A DNA stretch of 63,397 nucleotides, filler included, from Coriobacteriales bacterium (GTDB lineage Bacteria; Actinomycetota; Coriobacteriia; Coriobacteriales; UBA8131): the NCBI GenBank assembly GCA_031263105.1. It is 7 parts of 7 records of this genome, joined end to end, with 100 filler letters (N's around TTAATTAATTAA, not from the genome) between each part and the next. Parts side by side here need not be neighbours in the genome. Positions count along the whole stretch, not along the records: positions 29,716 to 35,132 come from JAISGJ010000019.1; positions 35,233 to 39,811 come from JAISGJ010000190.1; 5 more parts are not named here. One strand, written 5' to 3'. Below are positions 29,716 to 39,157 of the stretch, piece by piece (positions within the stretch are counted from its first letter, which is position 1; each line of letters begins with the position of its first letter). The position numbers and the translations under genes were made by a program. Under the pieces are notes generated by a model. That model saw nothing but the letters and a program-made list of their open reading frames with translations, made no database searches and was not told the origin of the DNA.

Positions 29716-29985
29716 CGTGAACAGCCCGTCGATGAAGGCCCGCACATGGGGCCGGTCGGCCCTTCGCGCACAGACGACCTCCTGGTAGGGCGTGAGCGCG
29801 GGGGCGGCAGCGGGACGGGGAGTGTGACAGAGCAGTACCGTCCCCACTGTCACAAAACGTACCGTCCCCTCTGTCACACTCCCCGTCCCGCTGCCGCCCC
29901 CGCGCTCACGCCCTACCAGGAGGTCGTCTGTGCGCGAAGGGCCGACCGGCCCCATGTGCGGGCCTTCATCGACGGGCTGTTCACG
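29716..29985. other. Perfect 117-bp fold-back at contig start, probable artefact
   Basis: 29716-29832 is the reverse complement of 29869-29985 (accA coding DNA). Confidence 0.75.
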
Positions 29986-30684
29986 GACTTCTTCGAGACC
30001 CGTGGCGACCGGCTCTTCGGTGACGACCGCTCGCTTGTCTGCGGCATCGCGCGTTTCGAGGGCATCCCCGTCACGGTCGCCGGGCACGTGAAGGGCTCAG
30101 ACCTCAACGAGAACATCTCCTGCAACTTCGGCATGCCGCACCCGGAAGGCTATCGCAAGTTCCAGCGGGCACTGGCACAGGCGGAGAAGTTCGGACGCCC
30201 CGTCGTCACCTTCATCGACACGCCCGGAGCCTATCCGGGCGCCGAGGCCGAGAAGCGCGGGCAGGGCGAGGCCATCGCACGCTGCCTCCTTGAGATGAGC
30301 CGTGCCCCCGTGCCCCTCGTCGTCGTCATAACCGGCGAGGGGGGCAGCGGCGGCGCCCTGGCCCTCGGCGTGGGGGACTACGTGGTGATGCTCGAGCATG
30401 CGGTCTACTCCGTCCTGAGCCCTGAGGGCTTCGCAAGCATACTGTGGAAGGACCCGCAGCGTGCAGAGGAGGCCGCGACGGTGATGGGGCTCACGGCCGC
30501 CGACCTGCTTGCAGCCCGGATGGTCGATGCCGTCTCCTGCGAGCCCGAAGGCAGCGCAGCGGCCGACCCCGCCGCCACGATCGAGGCGCTGCGGCCCTTC
30601 CTCAGCGCCGCACTCGCCCAGTTGAGGGCGCTGAGCACCGACGAGCTGCTTGTGCGCCGCTACGAACGTTACCGGAGGTTCTGA
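29824..30684 (+). CDS. accA: Acetyl-CoA carboxylase carboxyltransferase alpha (5' end uncertain)
   Basis: GDRLFGDD, NFGMPHPEGYRK, FIDTPGAYPG, GEGGSGGALA. Confidence 0.9.
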   Translation: MTEQYRPHCHKTYRPLCHTPRPAAAPALTPYQEVVCARRADRPHVRAFIDGLFTDFFETRGDRLFGDDRSLVCGIARFEGIPVTVAGHVKGSDLNENISCNFGMPHPEGYRKFQRALAQAEKFGRPVVTFIDTPGAYPGAEAEKRGQGEAIARCLLEMSRAPVPLVVVITGEGGSGGALALGVGDYVVMLEHAVYSVLSPEGFASILWKDPQRAEEAATVMGLTAADLLAARMVDAVSCEPEGSAAADPAATIEALRPFLSAALAQLRALSTDELLVRRYERYRRF

Positions 30685-31628
30685 TGGAGAAGACAATGGG
30701 CCCTGCCGGTGTGTCAGCGCCGGGCATCCGCATACTCGGCACAGGGAGCGCGGCCCCCGCCCAGATAGTGTCCAACGACGACCTCACGCGCATCGTCGAT
30801 ACGAACGACGAGTGGATACGCAGCCGCACCGGCATCTGCGAGCGCCGCATCGCCACCGTCGAGACGACCCGCTCCCTCGCACGGGCGGCCGCGCGCGCGG
30901 CGCTTGCCTCATCGGCCATAGACCCCGCCCGCATCTCGCTCCTGCTGTGCGCGACGGTCACGCCCGACCAGGCAAGCCCCTCGCTGGCGTGCTTCCTCCA
31001 GCGCGACCTCGGCCTGCGCGAGCAGATGCTCGCCTTCGACCTCAACGCGGCATGCAGCGGCTTCATCTACGCGCTCATCTGCGCCCAGCGCCTGCTCGAC
31101 CCCGAGGGCATAGCCCTTGTCGTCGGCAGCGAGACCCTGAGCCGCAGGACGGACTTCACGGACCGCAACACCTGCGTGCTCTTTGGGGACGGAGCGGGCG
31201 CGGCCGTCCTCGAACCTGCTCCTGTCCCCTTCTTTTGGAGCGCAACCGCCTGCGGCGACGATGATGCGCTGTCGATACGCGAACACATACGCATGGACGG
31301 ACAGGCGGTGTTCCGCTTTGCGACCAAGGCCCTCGCCGCGCGCATAAGGGAAGTGACGGAGAAGGCCGGACGGGCTGTGGCCGAGATCGACCTGTTCGTC
31401 TGCCATCAGGCCAACAGGCGCATCATCACCCACGCCGCCCGGCAGCTTGCCGTGCCACTGGAGCGCTTCTTCATGAACCTTGCGACCTACGGCAACACGA
31501 GCGCTGCAAGCGTGCCGCTCGCCCTCGACGAGGCGGTAACGGGCGGGAGGCTGAAGCGCGGTCAGCGCGTGGTGCTCGTCGGCTTCGGCGGCGGCCTCAC
31601 CTCGGGCGCCGTCTACCTCGAGTACTAG
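30684..31628 (+). CDS. fabH: Beta-ketoacyl-ACP synthase III
   Basis: WIRSRTGI, AACSGF, HQAN, GNTSAAS. Confidence 0.95.
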   Translation: MEKTMGPAGVSAPGIRILGTGSAAPAQIVSNDDLTRIVDTNDEWIRSRTGICERRIATVETTRSLARAAARAALASSAIDPARISLLLCATVTPDQASPSLACFLQRDLGLREQMLAFDLNAACSGFIYALICAQRLLDPEGIALVVGSETLSRRTDFTDRNTCVLFGDGAGAAVLEPAPVPFFWSATACGDDDALSIREHIRMDGQAVFRFATKALAARIREVTEKAGRAVAEIDLFVCHQANRRIITHAARQLAVPLERFFMNLATYGNTSAASVPLALDEAVTGGRLKRGQRVVLVGFGGGLTSGAVYLEY

Positions 31629-31792
31629 GGAGACGCTGATCAATCATTGCATGCCGTCTTCCGGCCAGTTTGCCCCGTCCCCGCCCGTGCGGACGACGGC
31701 ATTACCGCAAGTAGGGCCGACGCCCGCCCGAACGGGGACGGGGCAAACTGACTCGAAATCCGGCACACAAGCATTAATCAGCGTCTCCCTAG
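31625..31792. mobile_element. 168-bp MITE-like element at the fabH stop codon
   Basis: CTAGGGAGACGCTGATCAAT ... ATTAATCAGCGTCTCCCTAG (19/20 IR) plus inner IR cagtttgccccgtccccg/cggggacggggcaaactg. Confidence 0.7.
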
Positions 31793-31886
31793 GAGACGGG
31801 AATAGGAGGATGAGAACGACGGGCGGGCAGCTGGCGCAGGACAGGGGGGCAGGGGCAGTGGGAACGGAAAGGACAGGACGCACGAC

Positions 31887-32819
31887 ATGACGAAACTGAA
31901 CGAACTGTTGAAGACGAGGTACCCGCTCATACAGGGCGGCATGGCGCAGATAGCGACCGGGGGCTTCGCCGCCGCCGTGAGCGCCGCAGGCGGGCTGGGG
32001 GTCATCGCGACCGGCGGCTTTACCGCTGCGCAGCTCCGCGAGCAGATTGCGTGCCTGCGCGGGCTCACCGACCGCCCCTTCGGCGTCAACCTCATGCTCA
32101 TGCATCCCGAGGCGGTCGAACTCGCGGAGATCATCGCCGAGGAGCAGGTGCCCGTCGTGACGACCGGCGCGGGCGACCCCAGCCGCTTCGTCGAGCGTTG
32201 GAAGGCCGCAGGCAGCCTGGTCGTCCCCGTCATACCGAGCGTGGCCCTCGCCCGACGCATGGAGCGGACAGGGGCGGACGCCGTCATCGCCGAGGGGACG
32301 GAGAGCGGCGGCCATGTGGGCGAACTCACGACGATGGCGCTCGTGCCGCAGGTGGCCGACGCGCTCTCCATCCCCGTTATCGCGGCCGGGGGCATCGCCT
32401 CGGGCCGCCAGCTCTGCGCAGCCATGGCCCTGGGCGCCATCGGCGCACAGATCGGGACCGTCCTGCTCGCCAGCACCGAATGCCCCATCCACGACAACTA
32501 CAAACAGGCCGTCCTCGACGCGAAGGACACCGGAACCGTGGTGACCGGGCGCGTCAGCGGCACGCCGATCCGTGCGCTGAGGAACCGCATGACCCGTGAG
32601 TACCTCAAACTCGAGGAGCGCAAGGCGAGCCGGGAGGAGTTCGAGGAGCTCTCGCTCGGCTCGCTCAGGCGGGCGGTCCTTGACGGGGACGACGCGCACG
32701 GCACCTTCATGTGCGGCCAGGTCGCAGGCATGGTGAGCGAGATACGCCCCCTTGCCACTATCTTCGCCTCGCTCATGGAGGAGTTCGAGCGGGTACGGAA
32801 GGAGCTGACGGAGCTATGA
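31887..32819 (+). CDS. fabK: Enoyl-ACP reductase II
   Basis: YPLIQGGMA, EGTESGGHVG, IAAGGI, MCGQVAG; fab context. Confidence 0.92.
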   Translation: MTKLNELLKTRYPLIQGGMAQIATGGFAAAVSAAGGLGVIATGGFTAAQLREQIACLRGLTDRPFGVNLMLMHPEAVELAEIIAEEQVPVVTTGAGDPSRFVERWKAAGSLVVPVIPSVALARRMERTGADAVIAEGTESGGHVGELTTMALVPQVADALSIPVIAAGGIASGRQLCAAMALGAIGAQIGTVLLASTECPIHDNYKQAVLDAKDTGTVVTGRVSGTPIRALRNRMTREYLKLEERKASREEFEELSLGSLRRAVLDGDDAHGTFMCGQVAGMVSEIRPLATIFASLMEEFERVRKELTEL

Positions 32820-32950
32820 GCCTCGCATCCTGCGCCCGGGCCGTCCAGGCCGTCCAAGCCGCTTGGGCCGCCCGGGCCGCCCGGGCCGCTTGGGCCGCCC
32901 GGCCCCACCCTGTCGCCGCAAGGCCTTCGGAGGAGTTGGTGAAGCTATGA
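32816..32950 (+). pseudogene. 44-aa vestigial ORF at the usual fabD position
   Basis: ATGA overlaps with both fabK stop and fabG start; 9-nt tandem repeats inside. Confidence 0.4.
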
Positions 32951-33699
32951 CCTGCGCACTCGTCACCGGAGCCGGCCGTGGCATCGGACGCGCCATCGCC
33001 TGCGAGCTTGCCGCACAGGGCCACGACGTCGCCCTCAACTTCGCGGGCAACGAGGAAGCCGCCGCCGAGGCCACGGCGCTCTGCCTCGATGCCGCCCGCG
33101 AGGCGGGGCACACGGACGGGCGCGCCTGCGCCTTCAGGGCCGACATCGCCGACGAGGCCGCCTGCGAGGAGCTGTACGCAGCGGTCTGCGAACGCCTCGG
33201 CGCACCCGGCATCCTCGTCAACAACGCCGGGATCACGCGCGACAACCTCATGCTGCGCATGGGAACCGCAGACTTCGACGCGGTGATCGCCACGAACCTG
33301 CGCGGCGCCTTCATCCTCACCCGCCTCGCCGCCCGTGCGATGGTCAAGGCCCGTGCAGGGCGCATCGTCAACATCAGCAGCGTCGTAGGGCTCACGGGCA
33401 ACGCAGGGCAGGCCAACTACGCCGCGAGCAAGGCGGGGCTCATAGGGCTCACCAAGTCGGCGGCCCGCGAGCTCGCGAGCCGTGGGGTGACCGTCAACGC
33501 CGTTGCGCCCGGTTTTATCCAGACCGACATGACGAGCGTGCTCGACAGCAGGACCCGCGACGGAATGCTGGCAGGCATCCCGCTCAAACGGCTCGGCGAG
33601 CCGCGCGACGTCGCACAGCTGGTCGCCTTCCTGGCAAGCGACGCGGCATCCTACCTGACCGGCCAGGTCATCGCAGTGGATGGAGGCATGACGATATGA
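32947..33699 (+). CDS. fabG: 3-oxoacyl-ACP reductase
   Basis: TGAGRGIG, NNAGITRD, YAASK. Confidence 0.95.
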   Translation: MTCALVTGAGRGIGRAIACELAAQGHDVALNFAGNEEAAAEATALCLDAAREAGHTDGRACAFRADIADEAACEELYAAVCERLGAPGILVNNAGITRDNLMLRMGTADFDAVIATNLRGAFILTRLAARAMVKARAGRIVNISSVVGLTGNAGQANYAASKAGLIGLTKSAARELASRGVTVNAVAPGFIQTDMTSVLDSRTRDGMLAGIPLKRLGEPRDVAQLVAFLASDAASYLTGQVIAVDGGMTI

Positions 33700-34946
33700 C
33701 GAAGCAAGGAACCGATATGCGACGGCGCGTGGCCATCACGGGCCTCGGTGCCATCACGCCTCTGGGCGCCACGGCCCGCGAGTCCTGGGGGGGCGTGCGG
33801 CAAGGGGCCTGCGGCATCGCGCCGATAACGGCCTACGATGCCAGCGGACAGGCGGCAAAGCTCGCCGGCGAGGTGCGCGTCGACCTGAAGGGCCTCGTCG
33901 CGCCTGCCGATGTGCGCAAGCAGGACCGCTTCACGCTGCTGGCGCTCGTCGCGGCCAAGGAGGCCTTCGCGGACAGCGGCATCACGGCGGAGAACACCGC
34001 GCTCGACCGCGTCGACACGCTCATAGGCAGCGGCATCGGCGGACTTGCGACCACGGTGCGCGAGCATGTCCGCGCCGAGGAGCGCGGCTACGACCGCAGC
34101 TCCCCCTTCTTCATCCCCACGACCATCGCCAATATGGCGGCGGGACGCGTGGCCATCGAGCTGGGGCTTACGGGCGACTCGTCCTGCACGGTGACCGCCT
34201 GCGCGAGCAGCGCCCATGCCCTGGGGGAGGCCATGCGCCACATCCGTCACGGCTATGCCGACGCGGTCCTTGCCGGCGGCGCCGAGGCCTGCGTCATCCC
34301 GCTTGCCATGGGCGGCTTCACCTCCATGCAGGCGCTCCATACCGGCTCCTGCGTCGAGCGCGCCTCCATCCCCTTCGACGCGGAGCGCTCGGGCTTCGTG
34401 CTCGGCGAGGGCGCCGGGATGCTCGTCCTGGAAGAGTGGGAGCACGCGCGGCGGCGCGGCGCGCACATCTACGCCGAGCTGGCCGGCTTCGGCGCCGCCT
34501 GCGACGCGTACCACATCACCGCGCCCGCCCCTGACGGTTCCGGCGCGATACGCGCCATGACACGGGCGATCGCAGACGCAGGGCTCGTCCCTGGAGACAT
34601 CGGCTACCTCAACGCGCACGGCACCTCCACGCCGCTCAACGACAAGGGCGAGGTGAGCGCCGCCAAGGCGGTGTTCGGGGAGAACAGCGTGCCGCCCCTC
34701 AGCTCGACGAAGTCCATGACGGGGCACCTGCTCGGTGCCGCCGGCGCCGTCGAGGCGCTTTTCTGCGCCTATGCGATAGCGGAGGGCTTTATCCCCGCCA
34801 CGATACACTACCAGGTGCCCGACCCCGACTGCGACCTCGACGTGGTTCCCAACGAGGGCCGCACCTGCCCCGTCGCCCACGCCCTGTCGAACTCCTTGGG
34901 CTTCGGCGGCCACAACGCGAGCCTCGTCATCTCCCGGACGGGGTGA
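33696..34946 (+). CDS. fabF: Beta-ketoacyl-ACP synthase II
   Basis: TACAS, NAHGTST, KSMTGHLLG, SNSLGFGG. Confidence 0.95.
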   Translation: MTKQGTDMRRRVAITGLGAITPLGATARESWGGVRQGACGIAPITAYDASGQAAKLAGEVRVDLKGLVAPADVRKQDRFTLLALVAAKEAFADSGITAENTALDRVDTLIGSGIGGLATTVREHVRAEERGYDRSSPFFIPTTIANMAAGRVAIELGLTGDSSCTVTACASSAHALGEAMRHIRHGYADAVLAGGAEACVIPLAMGGFTSMQALHTGSCVERASIPFDAERSGFVLGEGAGMLVLEEWEHARRRGAHIYAELAGFGAACDAYHITAPAPDGSGAIRAMTRAIADAGLVPGDIGYLNAHGTSTPLNDKGEVSAAKAVFGENSVPPLSSTKSMTGHLLGAAGAVEALFCAYAIAEGFIPATIHYQVPDPDCDLDVVPNEGRTCPVAHALSNSLGFGGHNASLVISRTG

Positions 34947-35132
34947 CAAAAACGTACCGCCGCCGCCGCCGCCGCCTGTCATGTTGCTGTTCACACCCCA
35001 CTGTCATCCCGACCCCCACTGTCATCCCGACCCCCACTGTCATCCCGACCCCCACTGTCATCCCGACCCCCACTGTCATCCCGACCCCCACTGTCATCCC
35101 GAGCCTGCCGAGGGATCCTCGACCGCACAAGC
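34943..35132. repeat. Family B variant followed by family A left arm with 18-nt tandem units
   Basis: gtgacaaaaacgtaccg(ccg)n..tgtca then (cccccactgtcatcccga)n. Confidence 0.85.
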
Positions 35133-35344
35133 NNNNNNNNNNNNNNNNNNNNNNNNNNNNNNNNNNNNNNNNNNNNTTAATTAATTAANNNNNNNNNNNN
35201 NNNNNNNNNNNNNNNNNNNNNNNNNNNNNNNNCCTCGTTGGTCGTGTCAGCGAAGGACACGTTCTTTACTATAAACACACCCCTCACTACAACTCACTTG
35301 AGAACTTTTGGCGTATAATGGCTACACGAGAGGCGGTGAGCCGC

Positions 35345-35665
35345 ATGAATACTGAGGTTGAAACACAATTGAATACCATTACGGAAACCATCGTCGAAAC
35401 CATACCAGTTGAACAGATTTACCTTTTTGGCTCATACGCACATGGTGAACCAAACGAAGACTCCGATTTGGATATCTTTGTTGTCATTCCTGATGATACC
35501 GGTAGGGAAATAGATATCACCATAGACCTACGTAAAGCAATCAGAGGCAAGAAATCCATGCCGGTTGATCTTCTGGTGTCCTCGCTTTCCCGTTTTAGAG
35601 AGCGTATCACCACCCCTACGTTGGAGCGAGATATATATGAACAGGGACAACTCATCTACGGATAA
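35345..35665 (+). CDS. Minimal nucleotidyltransferase (MNT antitoxin)
   Basis: YLFGSYAHG..DSDLDI, PVDLLV. Confidence 0.88.
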   Translation: MNTEVETQLNTITETIVETIPVEQIYLFGSYAHGEPNEDSDLDIFVVIPDDTGREIDITIDLRKAIRGKKSMPVDLLVSSLSRFRERITTPTLERDIYEQGQLIYG

Positions 35666-35897
35666 TAGAAAAGTTGCAGCCGGGTGATTCGACTATGCGG
35701 CAAACGACCTTGCTGCCGCAGAATACTTGGCTGACGACATGCGTCCGGTACCTATAGAGATCGTGTGTTATCTCTGTGAACAATCCGCCGAGAAATACCT
35801 CAGGGGATTCCTCGTGCTTAACGGCGTCACACCACGCAGAACTCACGATCTCGAAGAATTGGGAGTAACGGCTGCCCGCTTTTTCAAAGAAACGTAG
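35658..35897 (+). pseudogene. HEPN-domain toxin pseudogene
   Basis: (T)DNRKVAAG*FDYAANDLAAAEYL..CYLCEQSAEKYLRGFL..RTHDLEEL; ACG instead of ATG, TGA at 35685, C-terminus missing. Confidence 0.8.
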
Positions 35898-36909
35898 GTA
35901 TCGTTATCGCCTTGGCGGGGCACCTCTCCCTGCAAAGCCCGCACTTGGTACATTCATGCATACCGTCCGAGAAGTGCGGGTCGAGCTGTTCTTCGCAGAC
36001 GCTGACGCACGCGCTGCAATCGATGCCTTGCTCGCGCAGACACTTCTTCGTGTCGACTTTGGGGCGAAAGAGCCTGTTCGGGATGCTCATGAGCGACATG
36101 AGAGCGCCAAGCGGGCAGAGCTTCAGACACCACTTCCTGAGGACGAAGAATTCAAAGGCCAAGAACAGCGGAAAGGCGAGCAGCGCCCAAGACGGCTCGT
36201 TGAACCCCACGAAACGCCAGAGCGCGATGAGCGAGGCGAAAGTGAGGCCCACCGGGCAGACGATGCAGAACACGGGGAAACCGAAGACAGCGGCGGACAG
36301 CAAAGCGCCCCCCAGAACGAGATGGCGCGAGTCGAACTTCCTACGCTTTTCGGCACATGTGGAGCAGCCCGCGGTGCCCCTGGCCTTTTGGCTTCCGGCC
36401 CTGAGGTCGAACTCTCTGGCGACCGCCACATCCAGGGCGGATGGCATGGCTTCCGCATCCAGGGCGAAGGGCGCGCCCTCTGTGGCCACAGCCTCGGACG
36501 ACACGGCAACCTCGGACGACACGGCAACCTCGGACGACACGGCAGCCTCGGACGACACGGCAACCTCGGGCGGCACGGCAGCCTCGGTTGACACGGCAGT
36601 CTCGGTGGCGGCCCTGTTGCCCCTTATCGTGAAGAACCTGCGCAGGGGCGGTACAGGGCATATCCAGGCGCAGAAGAACTTGCCCAGCACAACCACTACG
36701 ACCACACATGCGATAAGCGCGATCACCGAGCGCGGCATGAAGGTCCACGAGGCGAGCCATGTCTCGATGACGCCCAGTGGGCAGACGTAGGCGATCGCCC
36801 CCCAGCCGAACGACGAGGGTGTACCCGTTCCCGAGTTGAATACGAGTCCGACGAGCACAAGGAGGGCGACCAGGGAAAGCGTTATCCTACGGGCTGTAGT
36901 TATCTTCAT
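35884..36909 (-). CDS. NapH/MauN-like membrane polyferredoxin
   Basis: CPLG, CAWICP, CIVCP, CLKLCP, C-terminal 4Fe-4S motifs; 18-nt repeat insertion. Confidence 0.85.
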   Translation of the reverse strand: MKITTARRITLSLVALLVLVGLVFNSGTGTPSSFGWGAIAYVCPLGVIETWLASWTFMPRSVIALIACVVVVVVLGKFFCAWICPVPPLRRFFTIRGNRAATETAVSTEAAVPPEVAVSSEAAVSSEVAVSSEVAVSSEAVATEGAPFALDAEAMPSALDVAVAREFDLRAGSQKARGTAGCSTCAEKRRKFDSRHLVLGGALLSAAVFGFPVFCIVCPVGLTFASLIALWRFVGFNEPSWALLAFPLFLAFEFFVLRKWCLKLCPLGALMSLMSIPNRLFRPKVDTKKCLREQGIDCSACVSVCEEQLDPHFSDGMHECTKCGLCRERCPAKAITIPTFL

Positions 36910-37535
36910 GAGACACCCTCCGCCGCTGCAACCAATGTGCGAACCTTCTCCGTGGCCTCTACCGTAATGGCGCGCTTGCGCACACCAGAGAAGACGCGGT
37001 AGGAGTTCGATGGGCAGGCGTACTCGCAGTACCCGCAGCCGTTGCACTTCTCGCTCTCGACCACGGGACGACCGTATGCGTCCGACGTCACAGCCTCGTA
37101 GGGACACTTCTCGACGCACTTATTGCAACCGCCCCCTTCGGCCGCATACGCGATGCAAAGCGACGCGTCGATGACGGCAGGGGCTATCCACTCGACATCG
37201 GGATCGAATTCGCGCAGGGCGCCGGTCGGGCAGGCCACGATGCAGAGATTGCAGAAGTTGCAATAACCCTTCTTGAAATCGAGCTTGGGCGTGCGGGCAT
37301 TCAAAACCCCGTCATTCATGTTCGCAACCGCGATGCAATTCATGGGACAGGCGCTACGGCAGCGGTCGCACTTGATGCAGGTCGCAATAAAGTGACCTTC
37401 GTTCTGACCGCCGGGGGGACGAAGCAGCATCTCAGAGCCAAAGGCGTAATCAAGCTTCGAGGCGGCTCCCACCACCAGCATGGCGGCTGCGCCCACTCCG
37501 CCTGTCACAAACGTTCTTCTTGTGATGTCGTTCAG
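36906..37535 (-). CDS. NapG/MauM-like 4Fe-4S ferredoxin (start CTG 37535 or GTG 37508)
   Basis: LRPPGG, four CxxCxxCxxxCP-type motifs, TRRTF Tat motif. Confidence 0.85.
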   Translation of the reverse strand: MNDITRRTFVTGGVGAAAMLVVGAASKLDYAFGSEMLLRPPGGQNEGHFIATCIKCDRCRSACPMNCIAVANMNDGVLNARTPKLDFKKGYCNFCNLCIVACPTGALREFDPDVEWIAPAVIDASLCIAYAAEGGGCNKCVEKCPYEAVTSDAYGRPVVESEKCNGCGYCEYACPSNSYRVFSGVRKRAITVEATEKVRTLVAAAEGVS

Positions 37536-38230
37536 CTTTTCCCCATCTCATCCAAAAGATCATCTATGGTCTGGATATCCATGAGCAGGTAGCCCTTGGT
37601 TATCTTTAGGACGCCACGGTAAAAACGGGCCTCGATAAGCAGGTTCGCCTGCTCCGCAAAGGCGTCGAACCAGTTGAATATATGGGTGTTGATGAAATCG
37701 CGGGACTCGGTAAGACACGCACAGGCATCCTCCGTGCGTCCTTCCCGGACGGCCTCTGAGGCCCTGTCGCTCATGATCGCCAGGAATTCCAGCATGAATG
37801 AGAGGTGGTCATCGGGCGTGTTTTCGCTCACAACGCGCAGGAGGTTTCGCTTGAACACCCTGAACACCTCACCGCGCGAGCCCTGGCTCAAAAGCCCGGT
37901 TGCACTTGAGAACACCGAGGCATAGGGAACGGCGGTCTTTCCCTGATAGATGCCCGCCCCACCGAAGCTGGAGGTAAAGTCTGTCGCAAGCATCTGGCGG
38001 GTGCCGGTGTTGCGCTTTCTCAAGTAACGCGTGATGTCATTGAAACCCGCTTCCAGCAAAGGTTCGCCTGCGCCGAAAGCCGAATAGTCGGTCTTGGCCA
38101 TCTCGTCTATCTGCGCCTGGGTCAGTGGCTTTGTATAAAACCCCGCCAGGGCCAAGTAGAACTCGCGGCGCCCTGCCAACACGTCGATGAGGATGTCAGT
38201 GGCATCGATCGTCTCTGCCTGCTCAGACAT
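37532..38230 (-). CDS. TorD/DmsD family molybdoenzyme chaperone
   Basis: PYASVF, PDDHLSFMLEFL, HIFNW, FY motifs. Confidence 0.88.
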   Translation of the reverse strand: MSEQAETIDATDILIDVLAGRREFYLALAGFYTKPLTQAQIDEMAKTDYSAFGAGEPLLEAGFNDITRYLRKRNTGTRQMLATDFTSSFGGAGIYQGKTAVPYASVFSSATGLLSQGSRGEVFRVFKRNLLRVVSENTPDDHLSFMLEFLAIMSDRASEAVREGRTEDACACLTESRDFINTHIFNWFDAFAEQANLLIEARFYRGVLKITKGYLLMDIQTIDDLLDEMGKS

Positions 38231-38273
38231 GAAAATGTTTCCTTTCTTTTTCAAGCCTACCTGGAGTAAGCCG

Positions 38274-38308
38274 CATAAGGGGGTCGCATCCAGCGCGACC
38301 CCCTTATG
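38274..38308. terminator. Strong intergenic hairpin
   Basis: cataagggggtcgc..gcgacccccttatg; no clear U tract. Confidence 0.5.
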
Positions 38309-38326
38309 TGTGCGTGAAGTCAGTTC

Positions 38327-39157
38327 CTAGAACGGGAACAGTCCGCCGTTCTGTGCGGCAAGATCAAAGAAGCCTGGGATGTATGGAGCAGCGGCAAGCC
38401 ACATTACGACTCTGAAGGAGATGCCTCCTATCAGCGCCGCGAGCGCTCCCAGATACACCATCGTACCCATGTTCTTCATCCAGACAAGGAGCCCCGCGAC
38501 GACGGCGATCACACCGCCGACGACAACGCCGCCGAGCCACATGATCATAGCGGCGCCCTCAAGCGGAGCCGTTGCCGCGTACACGACGTAGAGCACCGTT
38601 TGAAGCGCAGCTACGACGAGTACGACAAGCACGAGTTTTTTGGCGCAGGTTGCGTCGTCTTTGAGAGCGACCTGCATTGTCAGGAACAGGAAGCCCCCGA
38701 GCGTGAGTGCGCTCAGGAGGTAGGACAGAGTAAGCGCAGGAGTCGCCCATGCGGCACGGACCGCGATTACCTCGTAGCCATGCCCAGAGACGTAGGCGAA
38801 CACGACGCCGCAGACGATGCCAATGATGCCCACTGTCTTGGAGGCTGACCCCTCACGATTGACGACTACGAGATAGACGATTGCCACTATCGCGCAAAGC
38901 CCCAGGAAGATGAGTTCGAGCGATATGGGCGAAAACGAGAAGAGGTTGGTTGCCGCGGACATGAAGTTCGCGGGGTTTTCGAGGTGCGGCAGGGAAGCGA
39001 GGCCTCCTACGACCAAAAGAGTCAGGGAGATGATGGCCGCCACGAAACGGGACTTCCTGGACGCGCCAAGAAATTCTCCAAGACCGGCAAAGGCCAGGAT
39101 TCCGGCGCCTGCGCCGGCAATAATGGTGAAAAGGAGCAAAGGCCATTCAACAGCCAT
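38327..39157 (-). CDS. DmsC-like membrane anchor
   Basis: EWPLLLFT, ASLPHLENP, SPISLE, eight TMs. Confidence 0.88.
   Translation of the reverse strand: MAVEWPLLLFTIIAGAGAGILAFAGLGEFLGASRKSRFVAAIISLTLLVVGGLASLPHLENPANFMSAATNLFSFSPISLELIFLGLCAIVAIVYLVVVNREGSASKTVGIIGIVCGVVFAYVSGHGYEVIAVRAAWATPALTLSYLLSALTLGGFLFLTMQVALKDDATCAKKLVLVVLVVAALQTVLYVVYAATAPLEGAAMIMWLGGVVVGGVIAVVAGLLVWMKNMGTMVYLGALAALIGGISFRVVMWLAAAPYIPGFFDLAAQNGGLFPF

Noticed and set aside
29716..29985. Perfect 117-bp inverted repeat suggesting a hairpin telomere or invertible segment
   Set aside because: It is an exact mirror of accA coding DNA at a contig start, pivoting on a palindromic repeat; most likely a fold-back read or assembly artefact
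31810..31890. 26-aa ORF before fabK as acpP or a leader peptide
   Set aside because: No DSL motif, and AGGAGG abuts the ATG with zero spacing
35685..35687. In-frame TGA as selenocysteine or recoding
   Set aside because: The position fits a Trp, and the gene also lacks its start and C-terminus; pseudogene is simpler
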